DNA of 64,000 nt from an uncultured Parabacteroides sp. (GCA_949298575.1 CASFXH010000009.1:1485-65484), one strand, 5' to 3'. Shown: positions 10,801-22,396, counted from the stretch's first letter. Notes: a model not told the origin generated them from the sequence alone. Translations and numbers: made by a program.

Positions 10801-13279
10801 ACGATGCGTGTTTCTTTCCCATCTTCTGAAGGTAGCCGAGCGATCGTAAGCGTTGAGAATGGAGTCCAAATTCTCAGTCTTGAAGAGGTGGAGGGGAAAG
10901 AAGAAATGACAACCGTTTCTATTAAGGTAACGGAGGAGATGCGCCCTAACGCTTATGTACACGTGACCTTGATCCAGCCCCATGCCGCGATGCGTAACGA
11001 CTTGCCGATCCGTCTTTATGGAGTAGTTCCCATCGAGGTCATTTCCTCGGAGAGTCGTTTGACTCCTGTTATCCGTATGGCAGACGAGATTAAGCCGGAA
11101 AGTCCTTATACTATCACGGTCAGTGAAAAAGAAGGTCGAGAAATGGCTTATACGCTAGCGATAGTCGATGAGGGTCTACTCGATTTGACCCATTTCGTTA
11201 CGCCCGATCCTTGGAAAGTCTTTAACGCCCGGGAAGCTTTGGGAGTCAATACTTGGGATCTTTACAATCTGGTGGTCGGCGCATACGGGGGACGTATAGA
11301 GCAGCTCTTCAGCATAGGAGGTGATGATGCCTTGAATCGAGGTCCTAAAGCGATCGTAAACCGCTTCGAGCCTGTGGTTACATTTGCCGGACCTTTCCAT
11401 TTAAATAAAGGTAAGACGAAAACACATGAATTGCAAATGCCGAATTACAATGGCCGGGTTCGTGTGATGGTCGTGGCGGGCGATGGTCAAGCGTATGGTA
11501 ATGCGGAAAAGAGTGTGACGGTTCGTAAGCCCGTAATGCTTCTTGGGACTTTACCTCGCGTGATCGGTGTAGGAGAGGAGATGGTCGTACCTGCGACGGT
11601 CTTCGCGACAGAGCCAGGTGTGGGCAATGTTTCGGTTTCCATTCGTTGTTCCGGAAACATGTCGGTGGTGGGTCCCGCTACTCAAACCTTGCGTTTTGAC
11701 CAGACGGGAGACCAGTTGGCGTTCTTCCGTGTCAAAGTCGCTCAAATGCCAGGCATAGGAACGGTAACAATCGAGGCGGAAGCGCCTTCGAAGGGTGAAC
11801 AAGCGAGTTACGAGACAAATCTTGAGATTCGCTCGACACGCCAGCCCCAACTTAAACTGGAGACCATAACCCTAGAAGCAGGAGAAGAACGGACCCTCCC
11901 GGTTGAACTTTTCGGTGAGGCCGGCACCAATACCGTGTCACTCGAAATGGCCCACGTCCAACCCATTGATTTGACTCGCCGTTTGTCTGAGCTACGTGAC
12001 TACCCGCATGACTGTCTTGAACAGTTGGTCTCTAGAGCTTTCCCTGCGCTCTATTTACCTGAATGGCGAGAAATGTCGGCGGAAGAAGGGGAACGGCTTG
12101 ATGAAGCGGTAAAAAATACCCTTTCTCGCCTCCGTTCCTACCAGATTGGCGATGGTGGTTTCGCCTATTGGCCTGGAACGACCAACGGACATGCTTGGGG
12201 ATCGGCCTATGCGGCTCATTTTTTAGTGGAGGCCGACAAGAAAGGGTACTTGATTCCTGGAAATATGAAGAATACGGCGCTTGACCAGTTGGTCCGTGTG
12301 GCTCGTGGTTACCAATCGTCGACTTCTCCTTATCGTGACTCTGAGGACCTAACTCAAGCCTATCGTCTCTATGTGCTCGCTTTAGCTCAAAGTGCCGATA
12401 TTGGTTCCATGAATAGGTTACGAGAGGCGAAAGCGCTTAACCAGCGAGCTAAATGGTTATTGGCTGCGGCATATGCCCTCTCGGGACGCGAAGACGTGGC
12501 GAAGGGAATGTTGGATGCTTCACGCGCATTGGAAAAATGGGATTACATGTTCGATCAAACTTTTGGGAGTGATTTCCGGGATAAGGCGCTTCATCTCTTG
12601 GCTCTTGAGGCGTTGGGTGATGAGCGTTCAGCTCAACCTCTTGCTTCTTCTTTGAGCGAAACCCTATCGTCGACGGAATGGCTTGACACCCAATCGACCG
12701 CATTCGCCCTGATAGCCCTCTCCAATTATCAGCGCCAGCATCCGATGGAGGATAAGATGGTTTTCCATTATGCGTTAGGAGATGAGCAAGGCGCTCTATG
12801 CTCGTCTTATTCTCGCGGGGATTGCCGAGCAAGGAGAGGAGAAACCCTATTCCCATGGTCTTTCCTTGGCGGTTAGCTATGTGGATATGGATGGCCGACC
12901 GATTGATATCGCTAATTTGAGTCAAGGTGATAATTTCGTGGCGAATGTGACAATACGGAATCGTTCAGCCTATCCGATCCGCCATATCGTGTTGTCACAA
13001 CTTATCCCCGCAGGGTGGGAGATTTTGAATACCAGAGCGATCCGATCCGCTTCTTTTTCAGGAGGGGAAGCTGGTATTCAGTATCAGGATATGCGTGATG
13101 ATCGAATATATAGTCATATCGACCTATTGCCGTCGGGACGAGAGGTGGCTGTTCGAGTCAATTTGTGCGCCGTTTATCCGGGTTCTTTCTATCTGCCTCC
13201 TGTCTCTTGTGAAGCGATGTATGATTCCGCGACAAGAGCGAATACGAAAGGTCAATGGATTTCTGTGAAAACGAAGTAG
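7834..13279 (+). pseudogene. Bacterial alpha-2-macroglobulin lipoprotein, frameshifted near 12780-12795 (ORFs 7834-12876 and 12782-13279)
   Basis: Lipobox FLTC; YGERGVWRPGD; thioester CLEQ; the C-terminal module (…YQDMRDDR…PGSFYLPPVSCEAMYD) lies in a different frame. Confidence 0.85.
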
Positions 13280-13297
13280 GATTGTTTTAACTTAAAA

Positions 13298-14125
13298 ATG
13301 AAAGATATGTTTCTCTTGAAAGATTATCAAGAAGCGGCCGAGAGCCTGCGGAGTCGTGTGACGCATTTCCCGAAGATCGCGATCATTCTGGGAAGCGGTT
13401 TGGGGAACCTGGCGGATCGGATTGAAACGGAGGAGATAATACCTTACGCGAAGATCCCTCACTTCATGCGCTCCACCGCTACAGGACATAAGGGGAATCT
13501 GATCAACGGTCGCCTCGGGGGGAAAAGCATTTGGGCTATGCAAGGCCGTTTCCATTATTATGAAGGTTATACAATGGAACAAGTGACTTTCCCTATTCGG
13601 GTCCTAGCTTTATTGGGCGTCAAAACACTGATCGTCTCTAATGCGGCAGGTGGTATCAATGAGACATTTAAGGTTGGTGATTTAATGATTATCAAGGATC
13701 ATATCAATTTTTTACCCAACCCTCTTATCGGGCCTAATCTTACGGATTTTGGCACTCGTTTTCCTGATATGACATGCGCTTACGACCGTGAGCTGATCTC
13801 ACTCGCTGAAGGGATTGGTCAGGAATTAGGTATTTCCCTGCACAAAGGAGTTTACGTGGGGTTAACGGGACCATCTTTTGAAACGCCTGCGGAATACTGG
13901 GCCTATGGCCGATTGGGTGGTGACGCGATTGGGATGAGTACGACCTCCGAAGTGATTGTCGCTAGGCATGCGGGCTTGCGGGTCTTTGGCTTATCGGTGA
14001 TTACCAATGAAGGTTATCATTTCGATGATGATTTCGTAAATAATGGAGAGGAAGTCATTCGGATGGCCAACCTGGCTTCAGAGAGGATGGGACGCCTTGT
14101 GGAGAAAATGATCGAGCGATTATAA
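13298..14125 (+). CDS. punA: Purine nucleoside phosphorylase (PNP I / XapA family)
   Basis: [35 protein letters not shown] motifs. Confidence 0.93.
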   Translation: MKDMFLLKDYQEAAESLRSRVTHFPKIAIILGSGLGNLADRIETEEIIPYAKIPHFMRSTATGHKGNLINGRLGGKSIWAMQGRFHYYEGYTMEQVTFPIRVLALLGVKTLIVSNAAGGINETFKVGDLMIIKDHINFLPNPLIGPNLTDFGTRFPDMTCAYDRELISLAEGIGQELGISLHKGVYVGLTGPSFETPAEYWAYGRLGGDAIGMSTTSEVIVARHAGLRVFGLSVITNEGYHFDDDFVNNGEEVIRMANLASERMGRLVEKMIERL

Positions 14126-14153
14126 AGAAAAAAATACGAAAGGGTAGAGGACG

Positions 14154-15374
14154 ATGAAGTTGAGATTGTGGGGATTGATTCTATTCATCCTTTTGTCCGC
14201 CCATGCTTCAGGACAAATAAACCAACTGGTTTATAGGACGGATTATCGAATTGATACGGCAAAGGTACGTCAACTTCTTGTTGAGGTGGATAATATTAGC
14301 TTCTTTGTCGATAATGAATACAAAGGGCCTTACGTGAAAGGATATTCCTTGCCTGGGCTATGGGTTCAGCCCAAGTTAATCTATTATCCACTAAGCAACC
14401 TCAAGGTCGAGGCGGGTGTTCATTTTTTGTTTTATCATGGTGCGGATAAATATCCTTCGGTAGCCTATCAAGACATTGCGGAGTGGAAAGGTGAGCATTA
14501 TCAAAAAGGGGTTCATGTGCTTCCGTATTTTCGGGCGCAACTAGCTTTGGGAGAACGATTCAATCTGGTTTTTGGCAATCTTTATGGTGCGGCGAACCAT
14601 CAGCTTATTGAACCTCTTTACCATCCTGAATTAAACTTAAGTTGCGACCCTGAGATGGGGCTTCAATTACTCTATGCTTCTCCGCGTTTTGACATGGATA
14701 TTTGGATAAATTGGCAGAGTTTCATTTTTCGGGATGATATACACAAGGAAGCCTTTACGGTTGGTCTTTCCTCGCGTGTAAAAGTAAATGATCCGGAAGA
14801 GTCGTCTTTCCATCTTTCTATTCCCATTCAGGTTTTAGCGCAGCATAGGGGAGGTGAGATCGATACAATTTATACCAATTCAGTGCAAACGTTGATCAAT
14901 GGGGCGGTGGGAGTAAGAGGAACCTGGCGAACTCATCAACCCTGGCTCCAAAAAGTGGAGGCTGAGGTCGATGGTTTCTTTTCTTATCAGCAAGCGGGAA
15001 TCGTTTGGCCATTCGAGAGCGGATATGGACTTTATGCCCGGGTGGTCGCGGAGGCTAAAGGAGTGCGAGCCAAGTTAGGTTATTCTTGGTGCGACCAGTT
15101 CGTTTCGCTTTATGGTAGTCCCTTTTTTGGAGCGGTCTCGATGAGTGAGCAAGGCACGACGTTTGATCGGCCCTATTTGCTGACTTATGGTCTGGAGTAT
15201 TCTCGACCATTTGGGAATGGTTTTGCTTTTGGAGCCGAGATCAAATTGTATCATGTGCTTTCTCCTTGGGTGACGACAGTCGGAGGCAATCGTTATCAAG
15301 CGGGAAGAGATCTGAGCTTCTCGGTTGGCGCTTATCTTAGGATAAATCCTTCTTTCCTCCTGAAACAGTTTTAA
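14154..15374 (+). CDS. Hypothetical outer-membrane beta-barrel protein
   Basis: Signal peptide, aromatic-rich alternating strands, C-terminal Phe. Confidence 0.7.
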   Translation: MKLRLWGLILFILLSAHASGQINQLVYRTDYRIDTAKVRQLLVEVDNISFFVDNEYKGPYVKGYSLPGLWVQPKLIYYPLSNLKVEAGVHFLFYHGADKYPSVAYQDIAEWKGEHYQKGVHVLPYFRAQLALGERFNLVFGNLYGAANHQLIEPLYHPELNLSCDPEMGLQLLYASPRFDMDIWINWQSFIFRDDIHKEAFTVGLSSRVKVNDPEESSFHLSIPIQVLAQHRGGEIDTIYTNSVQTLINGAVGVRGTWRTHQPWLQKVEAEVDGFFSYQQAGIVWPFESGYGLYARVVAEAKGVRAKLGYSWCDQFVSLYGSPFFGAVSMSEQGTTFDRPYLLTYGLEYSRPFGNGFAFGAEIKLYHVLSPWVTTVGGNRYQAGRDLSFSVGAYLRINPSFLLKQF

Positions 15375-15405
15375 GCGGCAAAGAGCGGAGCGATGCCTTC
15401 ATATT

Positions 15406-16458
15406 TTAGCTTGGAGAATTTGTGGCTCCTAATTTCGTAAATGTCTTTTTCCCTAAAAGATAAAAGTCGAGAATTAAGCAGCGGTGGCTGCGTTCGGGAA
15501 TAGGTTTTCCTGTGGCTCGCTCAAGATTCTCTTTCCGTTGGGCAGCGAACTCGGGTCGTAGTCGTTTATATTCCTTGCGAGCGTCAAGGATGGCCCAACC
15601 CTCACGTGGGCGGCGGCTCAAAAAGGCATGCAGTGCCGCAAGATGGTCGAGCCAATAACGTGTACGCATTACCCCCGCCAACTCTTTTTCGGGCAAGTTT
15701 TTATAGAGCATGAGGAGGTTATTGCGCATGTTGAGAAAGGTCTTATGGGGATTCTCGGCCGAGAGTGTCGCGCCGCCAAGGTGGTAAACCACTGACTCTG
15801 GACGGCACACGATACGCCACCCCCTTGTGCGCAACCGCCAGCAAAGATCGATCTCCTCTTGGTGGGCAAAGAAGCGGGTATCAAGGCCGCCGACGTCGCG
15901 ATAAACAGCCGTACGTACGACGAGGCAGGCTCCCGTGGCCCAAAAGAGGTCGGCTGGTTGGTCATATTGCCCCTCGTCTTTTTCCACCCGATCAAGGACG
16001 CGACCGCGACAGTAGGGGTAGCCGTAATAGTCGATAAACCCACCCGCAGCCCCAGCATACTCAAAGTGATCGCGCTGGTGCCAAGAGTGGATCTTGGGTT
16101 GAGCGGCGGCGATGGTCTGATCCTTGTCTAGGATTTGGATGAGGGGTTCAAGCCAACCGGCGGTCACTTCTACATCGCTGTTTAGTAGCACGCAATAGGG
16201 GTGGGGAAGGCGTGCGATAGCCCGGTTATAACCCTCGGCGAATCCATAGTTGCGGTCAAGGCAGAGAAGCCCCACTTGGGGAAACTCCCGTTCGAGCATG
16301 GCAATGGAATCATCGGTTGACCCGTTATCGGCCACGATCACGTCGGCCCATGCGGGGCAATGTGCCACTACCGATGGAAGGAAACGTCGCATCAACTCAC
16401 GCCCATTCCAATTGAGGATCACGATCGCGACCCGCTTATCATTTTCGTATTGATTCAT
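15406..16458 (-). CDS. Glycosyltransferase family 2
   Basis: VILNWNG, ADNGSTD, LLNSD, HQEEIDLCWR. Confidence 0.92.
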   Translation of the reverse strand: MNQYENDKRVAIVILNWNGRELMRRFLPSVVAHCPAWADVIVADNGSTDDSIAMLEREFPQVGLLCLDRNYGFAEGYNRAIARLPHPYCVLLNSDVEVTAGWLEPLIQILDKDQTIAAAQPKIHSWHQRDHFEYAGAAGGFIDYYGYPYCRGRVLDRVEKDEGQYDQPADLFWATGACLVVRTAVYRDVGGLDTRFFAHQEEIDLCWRLRTRGWRIVCRPESVVYHLGGATLSAENPHKTFLNMRNNLLMLYKNLPEKELAGVMRTRYWLDHLAALHAFLSRRPREGWAILDARKEYKRLRPEFAAQRKENLERATGKPIPERSHRCLILDFYLLGKKTFTKLGATNSPS

Positions 16459-17390
16459 GTGTTCAAATTTTTATCAGTTCTTGAAGCTTCCTTCGAAGGA
16501 GCATCTTCGGGGCGATATTTCCAACGCTTATGAGTCCAAAGCCATTGCTCGGGCGCTTGGAGAATCAGTCCTTCTAGCAGATAAGCGTAACGGGCGGTGA
16601 TGTCGCCTTCGTGGGTATTTCGAGGATTCTCCGTGACTAGCTCGAAGTGAAGCGTATAGCGGCCGCGTTTGACGGGACGCACGTGGAGGAAAACGACTGG
16701 AAGATCGAGTTTGCGGGCGATGCGTTCGGGACCGGTGAGGAAGGCTGTCTCTTGGTTCAAGAAGTGAGTCCAGAAATGGAGGTTAGCCCGACTCGGTGTT
16801 TGGTCGGCTAGGAAAATGACGACGCTTCGCTCTCTTGATCGACGGATGCGAACCAGATCGCGCAAAGTATCATTTTTCTTGATACCTTTTGAGCCGAAGC
16901 GGGTTCGAAGATAGATAAAGAGACGGTCAACAGCCTGGTTCTTCAGCGGGCGATAGATCTGGTAGATCGTCGCGTCGTGGAAGTAAGGTGTTGAACCGGC
17001 GTACCATTCCCAGTTGCCGCAGTGGCCCATAAGAAGCAGGAGACAGTCATGTCCTTGGTCCATAAGGTGGTCGATGACTTCGGGGTTCTCGATGAAAGCT
17101 CTTTGGTTTAGCTCTCTCTGGCTGATATGGGCCATCTTGAGGGTCTCGACCACATAGTCGCAAAAATGATGATAGAAGCGTCGTTCCAAGTCAAGGCGCT
17201 CGGCCTTGCTCTTGTGTGGGAAAGAGGCCTTAAGATTATGCCGGACTACGTCCCGACGATAGCCCACCACTTTATATATTAGGAAATAAAGGATGTCGGA
17301 TAACACGTAAAGCACACGCAGGGGGAAGAGCGCATGTACCTTTACCCACACGAAAAGGAGAGCATAGAGGAATTTGTTCCAAATGTTCAT
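16455..17390 (-). CDS. Lipid A / lysophospholipid acyltransferase (LpxL/HtrB family)
   Basis: GHCGNWE (HxxNWE), ADQ, WLWTHKRWK motifs. Confidence 0.9.
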   Translation of the reverse strand: MNIWNKFLYALLFVWVKVHALFPLRVLYVLSDILYFLIYKVVGYRRDVVRHNLKASFPHKSKAERLDLERRFYHHFCDYVVETLKMAHISQRELNQRAFIENPEVIDHLMDQGHDCLLLLMGHCGNWEWYAGSTPYFHDATIYQIYRPLKNQAVDRLFIYLRTRFGSKGIKKNDTLRDLVRIRRSRERSVVIFLADQTPSRANLHFWTHFLNQETAFLTGPERIARKLDLPVVFLHVRPVKRGRYTLHFELVTENPRNTHEGDITARYAYLLEGLILQAPEQWLWTHKRWKYRPEDAPSKEASRTDKNLNT

Positions 17391-18718
17391 CGCGATAGGA
17401 ATTGTGCCCGAAGGGCGGTTTGTTCATCGTTCCAATCGAGGAGCGTCACGGGAATGGTCTGATTGACCCGACTCGGATCTGCCGCGACTTCCACGCGAAT
17501 GTAATTTTCCGTAAAGCCGTGCATGACTGCCGCACCTACTTTAGGTTGCTCAAAAAGGGCATGCGCCTCGACACCACGGTGGGCATCATAGAAGGCTTGC
17601 CATTTCGTTTCGGAGAGGGCCAAGAGGCGTTGGGCTCGGGTGTGTTTCGCCGATGCGTCAACAACGGGCGTAATGCGCAGTGCTAGCGTGCCTGGTCGTT
17701 CAGAGTAAGGGAAGACATGGAGCTGTGTTACGTCGAGACTCTCCAAGAAACGATAAGTTGTTTCGAAGTCCTTGTCCGTCTCGCCTCGAAAGCCTACGAT
17801 CACGTCGACTCCAATGAATGCGTCAGGCATCAGTTCTTTAATATGTTCAATCTTATGCGCGAAAAGGCTCGTGTCATAACGGCGGCGCATGCGGCGAAGG
17901 GTCTCGTCGCATCCACTTTGTAAGGGAATGTGAAAATGAGGGGCGAAACGTTTGCTTTTCGCCACAAAGCCAATGATCTCATCTGTCAATAGGTCCGGTT
18001 CTAGGGAAGAGATGCGGTAGCGTTCGATACCCTCCACCTCGTCGAGCGAGTGGATCAGGTCGAGGAACGATTCACCTGTCGTTTTCCCAAAGTCGCCAAT
18101 ATTGACGCCCGTGAGGACAATCTCTCGCCCTCCCGTCGCGGCTACCCGACGGGCCTCTTCCGTGAGGTCATGGATGGACCCGTTGCGGCTTCGCCCCCGG
18201 GCGAAGGGAATGGTACAATAAGAGCAAAAGTAATCGCAGCCATCCTGGACTTTCAGGAAATGGCGCGTGCGGTCGTCAGCCGAACAAGCGGGAGCAAATG
18301 AACGAATCTCCTTATAAGGCGTGACCTGAATGGGACATTCCACGATGTCAGGCGTAAAAGCCTCAGCAATTAGTTTCGGGAGTTCCATTTTGCGTTCAGC
18401 CCCTACCACGAGCGTGACACCTGGAATATTGTCTACTTCATCGGGCTTCAATTGCGCATAGCACCCCGTGACAGCTACTAGCGCGCCGGGATGCCGCTTG
18501 ATCAGTTGCCGGATCGCTTGTCGGCAACCCTTATCGGCCAAGCTCGTAACAGAACAGGTGTTGACTACGCAAATATCCGCTACTTCGTCGTCTCGTACTG
18601 TCCGGGTTCCCATCTCCGCGAGTCGATGCCCGATCGTGGAAGTTTCCGCGAAGTTCAATTTACATCCGAGGGTGAAAAAGGCCACCTTCTTGCCTTGCAG
18701 TATGGAAAAATTAGTCAT
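17387..18718 (-). CDS. mtaB: tRNA t6A methylthiotransferase MtaB
   Basis: TLGCKLNFAE, NTCSVT, KVQDGCDYFCSYC. Confidence 0.93.
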   Translation of the reverse strand: MTNFSILQGKKVAFFTLGCKLNFAETSTIGHRLAEMGTRTVRDDEVADICVVNTCSVTSLADKGCRQAIRQLIKRHPGALVAVTGCYAQLKPDEVDNIPGVTLVVGAERKMELPKLIAEAFTPDIVECPIQVTPYKEIRSFAPACSADDRTRHFLKVQDGCDYFCSYCTIPFARGRSRNGSIHDLTEEARRVAATGGREIVLTGVNIGDFGKTTGESFLDLIHSLDEVEGIERYRISSLEPDLLTDEIIGFVAKSKRFAPHFHIPLQSGCDETLRRMRRRYDTSLFAHKIEHIKELMPDAFIGVDVIVGFRGETDKDFETTYRFLESLDVTQLHVFPYSERPGTLALRITPVVDASAKHTRAQRLLALSETKWQAFYDAHRGVEAHALFEQPKVGAAVMHGFTENYIRVEVAADPSRVNQTIPVTLLDWNDEQTALRAQFLSR

Positions 18719-18787
18719 CTCACGTCTTGTTATTCTTACGCGAACATACGGAAATATTGGCGAGAATGGAAATGGAAAAGAAAGAAT

Positions 18788-21700
18788 CTATGCGCCATGG
18801 GTCTCCATCTCGTTGAGCAAAGCGCATGCCGCTTCGACAGTGGGTACATTTTTCACGGTGACACTCCGTTTGCCATCTTTGTCGCGTAGGCCACATTGAC
18901 GAGCGTGCCGCTGGATGAACGCCAAGAGCTTGTCGAAAGCTTCGCTCCGGTAATAAGGACTTTCGGGGTTACTGACGAGGTGGAGCGTCATCTGCCCTCG
19001 CTTCAGGACGACTCGCTCGATGCCAAGCGATTTAGCCACTCTCCGGAGACGTACCACTTGGAGCAACTCAATGCCTTCGGGAGGAATTTCGCCAAAACGG
19101 TCGCGCAAACGGTCGATATAGGCCTGCAAATTCCGTTCTTCTGTAATATTGTCCAGTTCCCGGTAAAGAGCGAGACGTTCGGAGTCGTTTGGAATATAGG
19201 TCGGGGGGAACATCAGCTCCAAGTCGCTCTCGATGAACGTCTCGGCAACATAGTTTTCGCCCGAGTCTTGTGGTCCCTCACCTTTATAGAGATCAGCAAA
19301 CTCGTCGCTCTTGAGTTCATGGACAGCCTCTTCCAAAATTTTCTGATAGGTTTCGTAGCCGAGGTCGGCGATGAATCCGCTTTGCTCCGCGCCCAGCATG
19401 TTGCCCGCGCCTCGGATGTCCAGGTCCTGCATCGCGATATGGATGCCGCTACCCAACTCGGCGAAACTTTCGATGGCTTGGAGGCGACGCCGGGCTTCCT
19501 GCGTAAGGGTCGAGAGGGGAGGTGAGAGAAGGTAGCAGAAAGCCTTGCGGTTGCTACGCCCCACGCGTCCTCTCAGTTGATGCAAATCGCTCAGTCCGAA
19601 TTGTTGAGCATTATTGATGATGATGGTATTGGCGTTGGGTACGTCAATGCCGCTCTCCACGATGCTGGTTGCCACCAAGACGTCGTACTCGTAGTTGACG
19701 AAATCCAGGATCACTTTCTCGAGCTTCTCTGGCTCCATTTGCCCGTGCCCCACAGCGACTCGTGCGTCGGGCACCTCGCGGCGGACCAGCGCCTCGATCT
19801 CGTAGATATTTTGAATGCGGTTGTTGATGAAAAAAACTTGTCCATTGCGGCTCATCTCGAAGTTGATAGCCTCACGGATGATATCGGGATTGAACCGCTC
19901 TACTTCCGTCTGGACGGGATAACGGTTGGGGGGAGGGGTCGTGATACTTGATAAGTCACGCGCTCCCATGAGGGAAAACTGGAGGGTACGGGGAATCGGC
20001 GTGGCGGTCATGGTCAGGGTATCCACGTTAACCTTAAGTTGCCTTAGTTTTTCTTTTACGGATACGCCGAATTTTTGTTCCTCATCGATGATCAACAATC
20101 CAAGATCTTTGAAAATCATATCTTTACTTACGAGTCTATGCGTACCGATGATGATATTTACCTCGCCCTCTTTGACACGTCGTAGAGTCTCCTTGATCTG
20201 GGCTGACGAGCGTGCCCGGCTGATGTAATCGATGACGCAAGGGAAATCTTTCAACCGCTCCTTAAACGTCTGGTAATGTTGGTAAGCGAGGACGGTGGTC
20301 GGGACGAGTACAGCCACTTGCTTGTCGTCGGCAACGGCTTTGAACGCGGCCCGGATGGCGATCTCGGTCTTGCCAAAACCTACGTCTCCACAGATCAGAC
20401 GGTCCATCGGACGAGGGCTTTCCATATCGGCTTTCACCTCGGCGGTCGCCTTTTCCTGGTCAGGCGTGTCCTCGTAAATGAAGCTAGCTTCCAGCTCGTG
20501 TTGCAGGAAGCTATCGGGACTATATGCGAAGCCTTTCTCCTGTCGGCGTTTGGAATAGAGAAGGATAAGGTCGCGGGCGATGTCCTTAACCTTCGTCTTG
20601 GTGCGCTCTTTCATGCGCTCCCAAGCACCTGTGCCCAGCTTGCTGAGCTTGGGGGGCTCTCCGGTGTCTTTACCTTTATACTTGGATAATTTATGGAGGG
20701 CGTGGATACTGACAAAGATGATATCGTTGTTTTGATAAATGAGCTTGATCGCCTCTTGTGTCTTCCCGTTGACTTCGGTCCGTACCAATCCGCCAAACTG
20801 GCCAATGCCATGGTCGATGTGCACAATGTAGTCGCCCGTCGTAAATTGGTTCAGTTCCTTGAGCGTGAGACTAATTTTTCCACTTCTTGCCTTGTCGCTC
20901 TTAAGATTGTACTTGTGGAAACGATCGAAGATCTGGTGATCGGTCAAAAGGGCCATCCGTAAATCATCGTCAACAAACCCTTCGTGCAAGGTCTTGTCGA
21001 TCGCCGTGAAAGGCAAGCGTTCGCCCCGGTCTTCGAAGATCATGCGGATCCGTTCGGCCTGTTTTTCCTGGTCACTCAGGATATAAAGCTTGTAGCCCGT
21101 TTCCAGATAGTCGTGGAATGCCGCGCTTACGAGGTCGAAGTTTTTATGGAACGCGGGTTGCAACTTAGTGTGGAAAAGGAGGGAAGCATCGACCGTCCCC
21201 ATGGGCTTTGGTCCAAACTGGAGCCGTTTGAAACGGAGCGCCTCGCGCAGGAAGTCTTCGCCTGTCGTCAGCCACTCACGCATCGCCTTCTGGTCGGCGA
21301 ACGATTCCTCGTCGCCCACGACAGGCTCCTCGTTCCATAAGCTGTCCACTCGCTCACGGCACCAAGCGAGGTCTTTAACGACCACCACCGTCCCTTGTGG
21401 CAAGGACTCGAGAAGCGAGGCCCTTCCCCCAGGCTTTCGGTTGATCTCCGGAACCACATAGATACTTTCCAGCTTCCCTTTACTGAGCTGGGTCTCAACA
21501 TCAAATGTTCGGATCGTTTCCACTTCATTTCCGAAAAAGTCGATGCGATAAGGGTATTCACAAGAGAATGAAAACACGTCGAGAATACTGCCTCTGAGCG
21601 CGTATTGCCCCGGCTCATAGACGTAATCGACTCGGTCGAAACCATAGTTCTCGAGCACATCAGCCACGAAGGGCTGGTCGATCCGCTCACCCATATGTAT

Positions 21701-22135
21701 CCTGAGAGTATTCTCTTCCAATACTTTTTGACTGGCTACCCGCTCCGCGATAGCTTCTGGATAAGTAACGATGAGGAAGGGGCGATCTTTTTCTTGCAAT
21801 ACACTCAGAGCCTCAGTTCGTAGGATCTCGTTCGCTGGGTCGATATGCCCGTACTTGATGGCCCGGCGATAGGTCGAGGGAAAGAAATAGATGTTCGCTC
21901 CATCCATCAATTGATTCAAGTCATGATAAAAATAGCCTGCCTCTTCCTGGTCATTTAGCAGGCAGAGGTAAGAACCCGCTTCCTTCGCGAACAGCGCCGC
22001 GGTGATGAGGGCGGCGCTTGATCCATTCAACCCTTTCAGGCTTATATTGTCCGTTTGTCTCTCTTCAAGGAGTTTTTTGAGAGCCGCCACTTGCGGATGG
22101 GCGGTGTATTCGCGCAATAATTCTACTATTTCCAC
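18788..22135 (-). CDS. mfd: Transcription-repair coupling factor Mfd
   Basis: UvrB-like N-terminus, RID (VHIDHGIG), GDVGFGKTE, DEEQ, TRCF C-terminus; GTG start. Confidence 0.97.
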   Translation of the reverse strand: MEIVELLREYTAHPQVAALKKLLEERQTDNISLKGLNGSSAALITAALFAKEAGSYLCLLNDQEEAGYFYHDLNQLMDGANIYFFPSTYRRAIKYGHIDPANEILRTEALSVLQEKDRPFLIVTYPEAIAERVASQKVLEENTLRIHMGERIDQPFVADVLENYGFDRVDYVYEPGQYALRGSILDVFSFSCEYPYRIDFFGNEVETIRTFDVETQLSKGKLESIYVVPEINRKPGGRASLLESLPQGTVVVVKDLAWCRERVDSLWNEEPVVGDEESFADQKAMREWLTTGEDFLREALRFKRLQFGPKPMGTVDASLLFHTKLQPAFHKNFDLVSAAFHDYLETGYKLYILSDQEKQAERIRMIFEDRGERLPFTAIDKTLHEGFVDDDLRMALLTDHQIFDRFHKYNLKSDKARSGKISLTLKELNQFTTGDYIVHIDHGIGQFGGLVRTEVNGKTQEAIKLIYQNNDIIFVSIHALHKLSKYKGKDTGEPPKLSKLGTGAWERMKERTKTKVKDIARDLILLYSKRRQEKGFAYSPDSFLQHELEASFIYEDTPDQEKATAEVKADMESPRPMDRLICGDVGFGKTEIAIRAAFKAVADDKQVAVLVPTTVLAYQHYQTFKERLKDFPCVIDYISRARSSAQIKETLRRVKEGEVNIIIGTHRLVSKDMIFKDLGLLIIDEEQKFGVSVKEKLRQLKVNVDTLTMTATPIPRTLQFSLMGARDLSSITTPPPNRYPVQTEVERFNPDIIREAINFEMSRNGQVFFINNRIQNIYEIEALVRREVPDARVAVGHGQMEPEKLEKVILDFVNYEYDVLVATSIVESGIDVPNANTIIINNAQQFGLSDLHQLRGRVGRSNRKAFCYLLSPPLSTLTQEARRRLQAIESFAELGSGIHIAMQDLDIRGAGNMLGAEQSGFIADLGYETYQKILEEAVHELKSDEFADLYKGEGPQDSGENYVAETFIESDLELMFPPTYIPNDSERLALYRELDNITEERNLQAYIDRLRDRFGEIPPEGIELLQVVRLRRVAKSLGIERVVLKRGQMTLHLVSNPESPYYRSEAFDKLLAFIQRHARQCGLRDKDGKRSVTVKNVPTVEAACALLNEMETHGA

Positions 22136-22156
22136 TGTGTGCTTATTTCAATAGCG

Positions 22157-22164
22157 CGAACTTA
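22157..22164 (-). promoter_or_regulatory. -7 promoter box (TAAGTTCG) for mfd operon
   Basis: CGAACTTA on + strand, 21 nt from the mfd start. Confidence 0.5.
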
Positions 22165-22396
22165 CAAAAAAATGGGGAAGTATTTAAAAATAGCAAAAGG
22201 CCTATCTGATATTTCCCCGCAAAGATATCCTTTTAACAGGAGAATAACCTCATGGCTGTATTGGAAAGCTACAATCATTTTTGAGGAGGACGCGTCAATT
22301 CCTAAGAGAATATGTTTATCTTTGAACATGGCTTTTAGGGCTGCCTAGCCATTGGCGTGGCAGCATAACGCGCGAAAGACAAACAGTAAGAAATAT

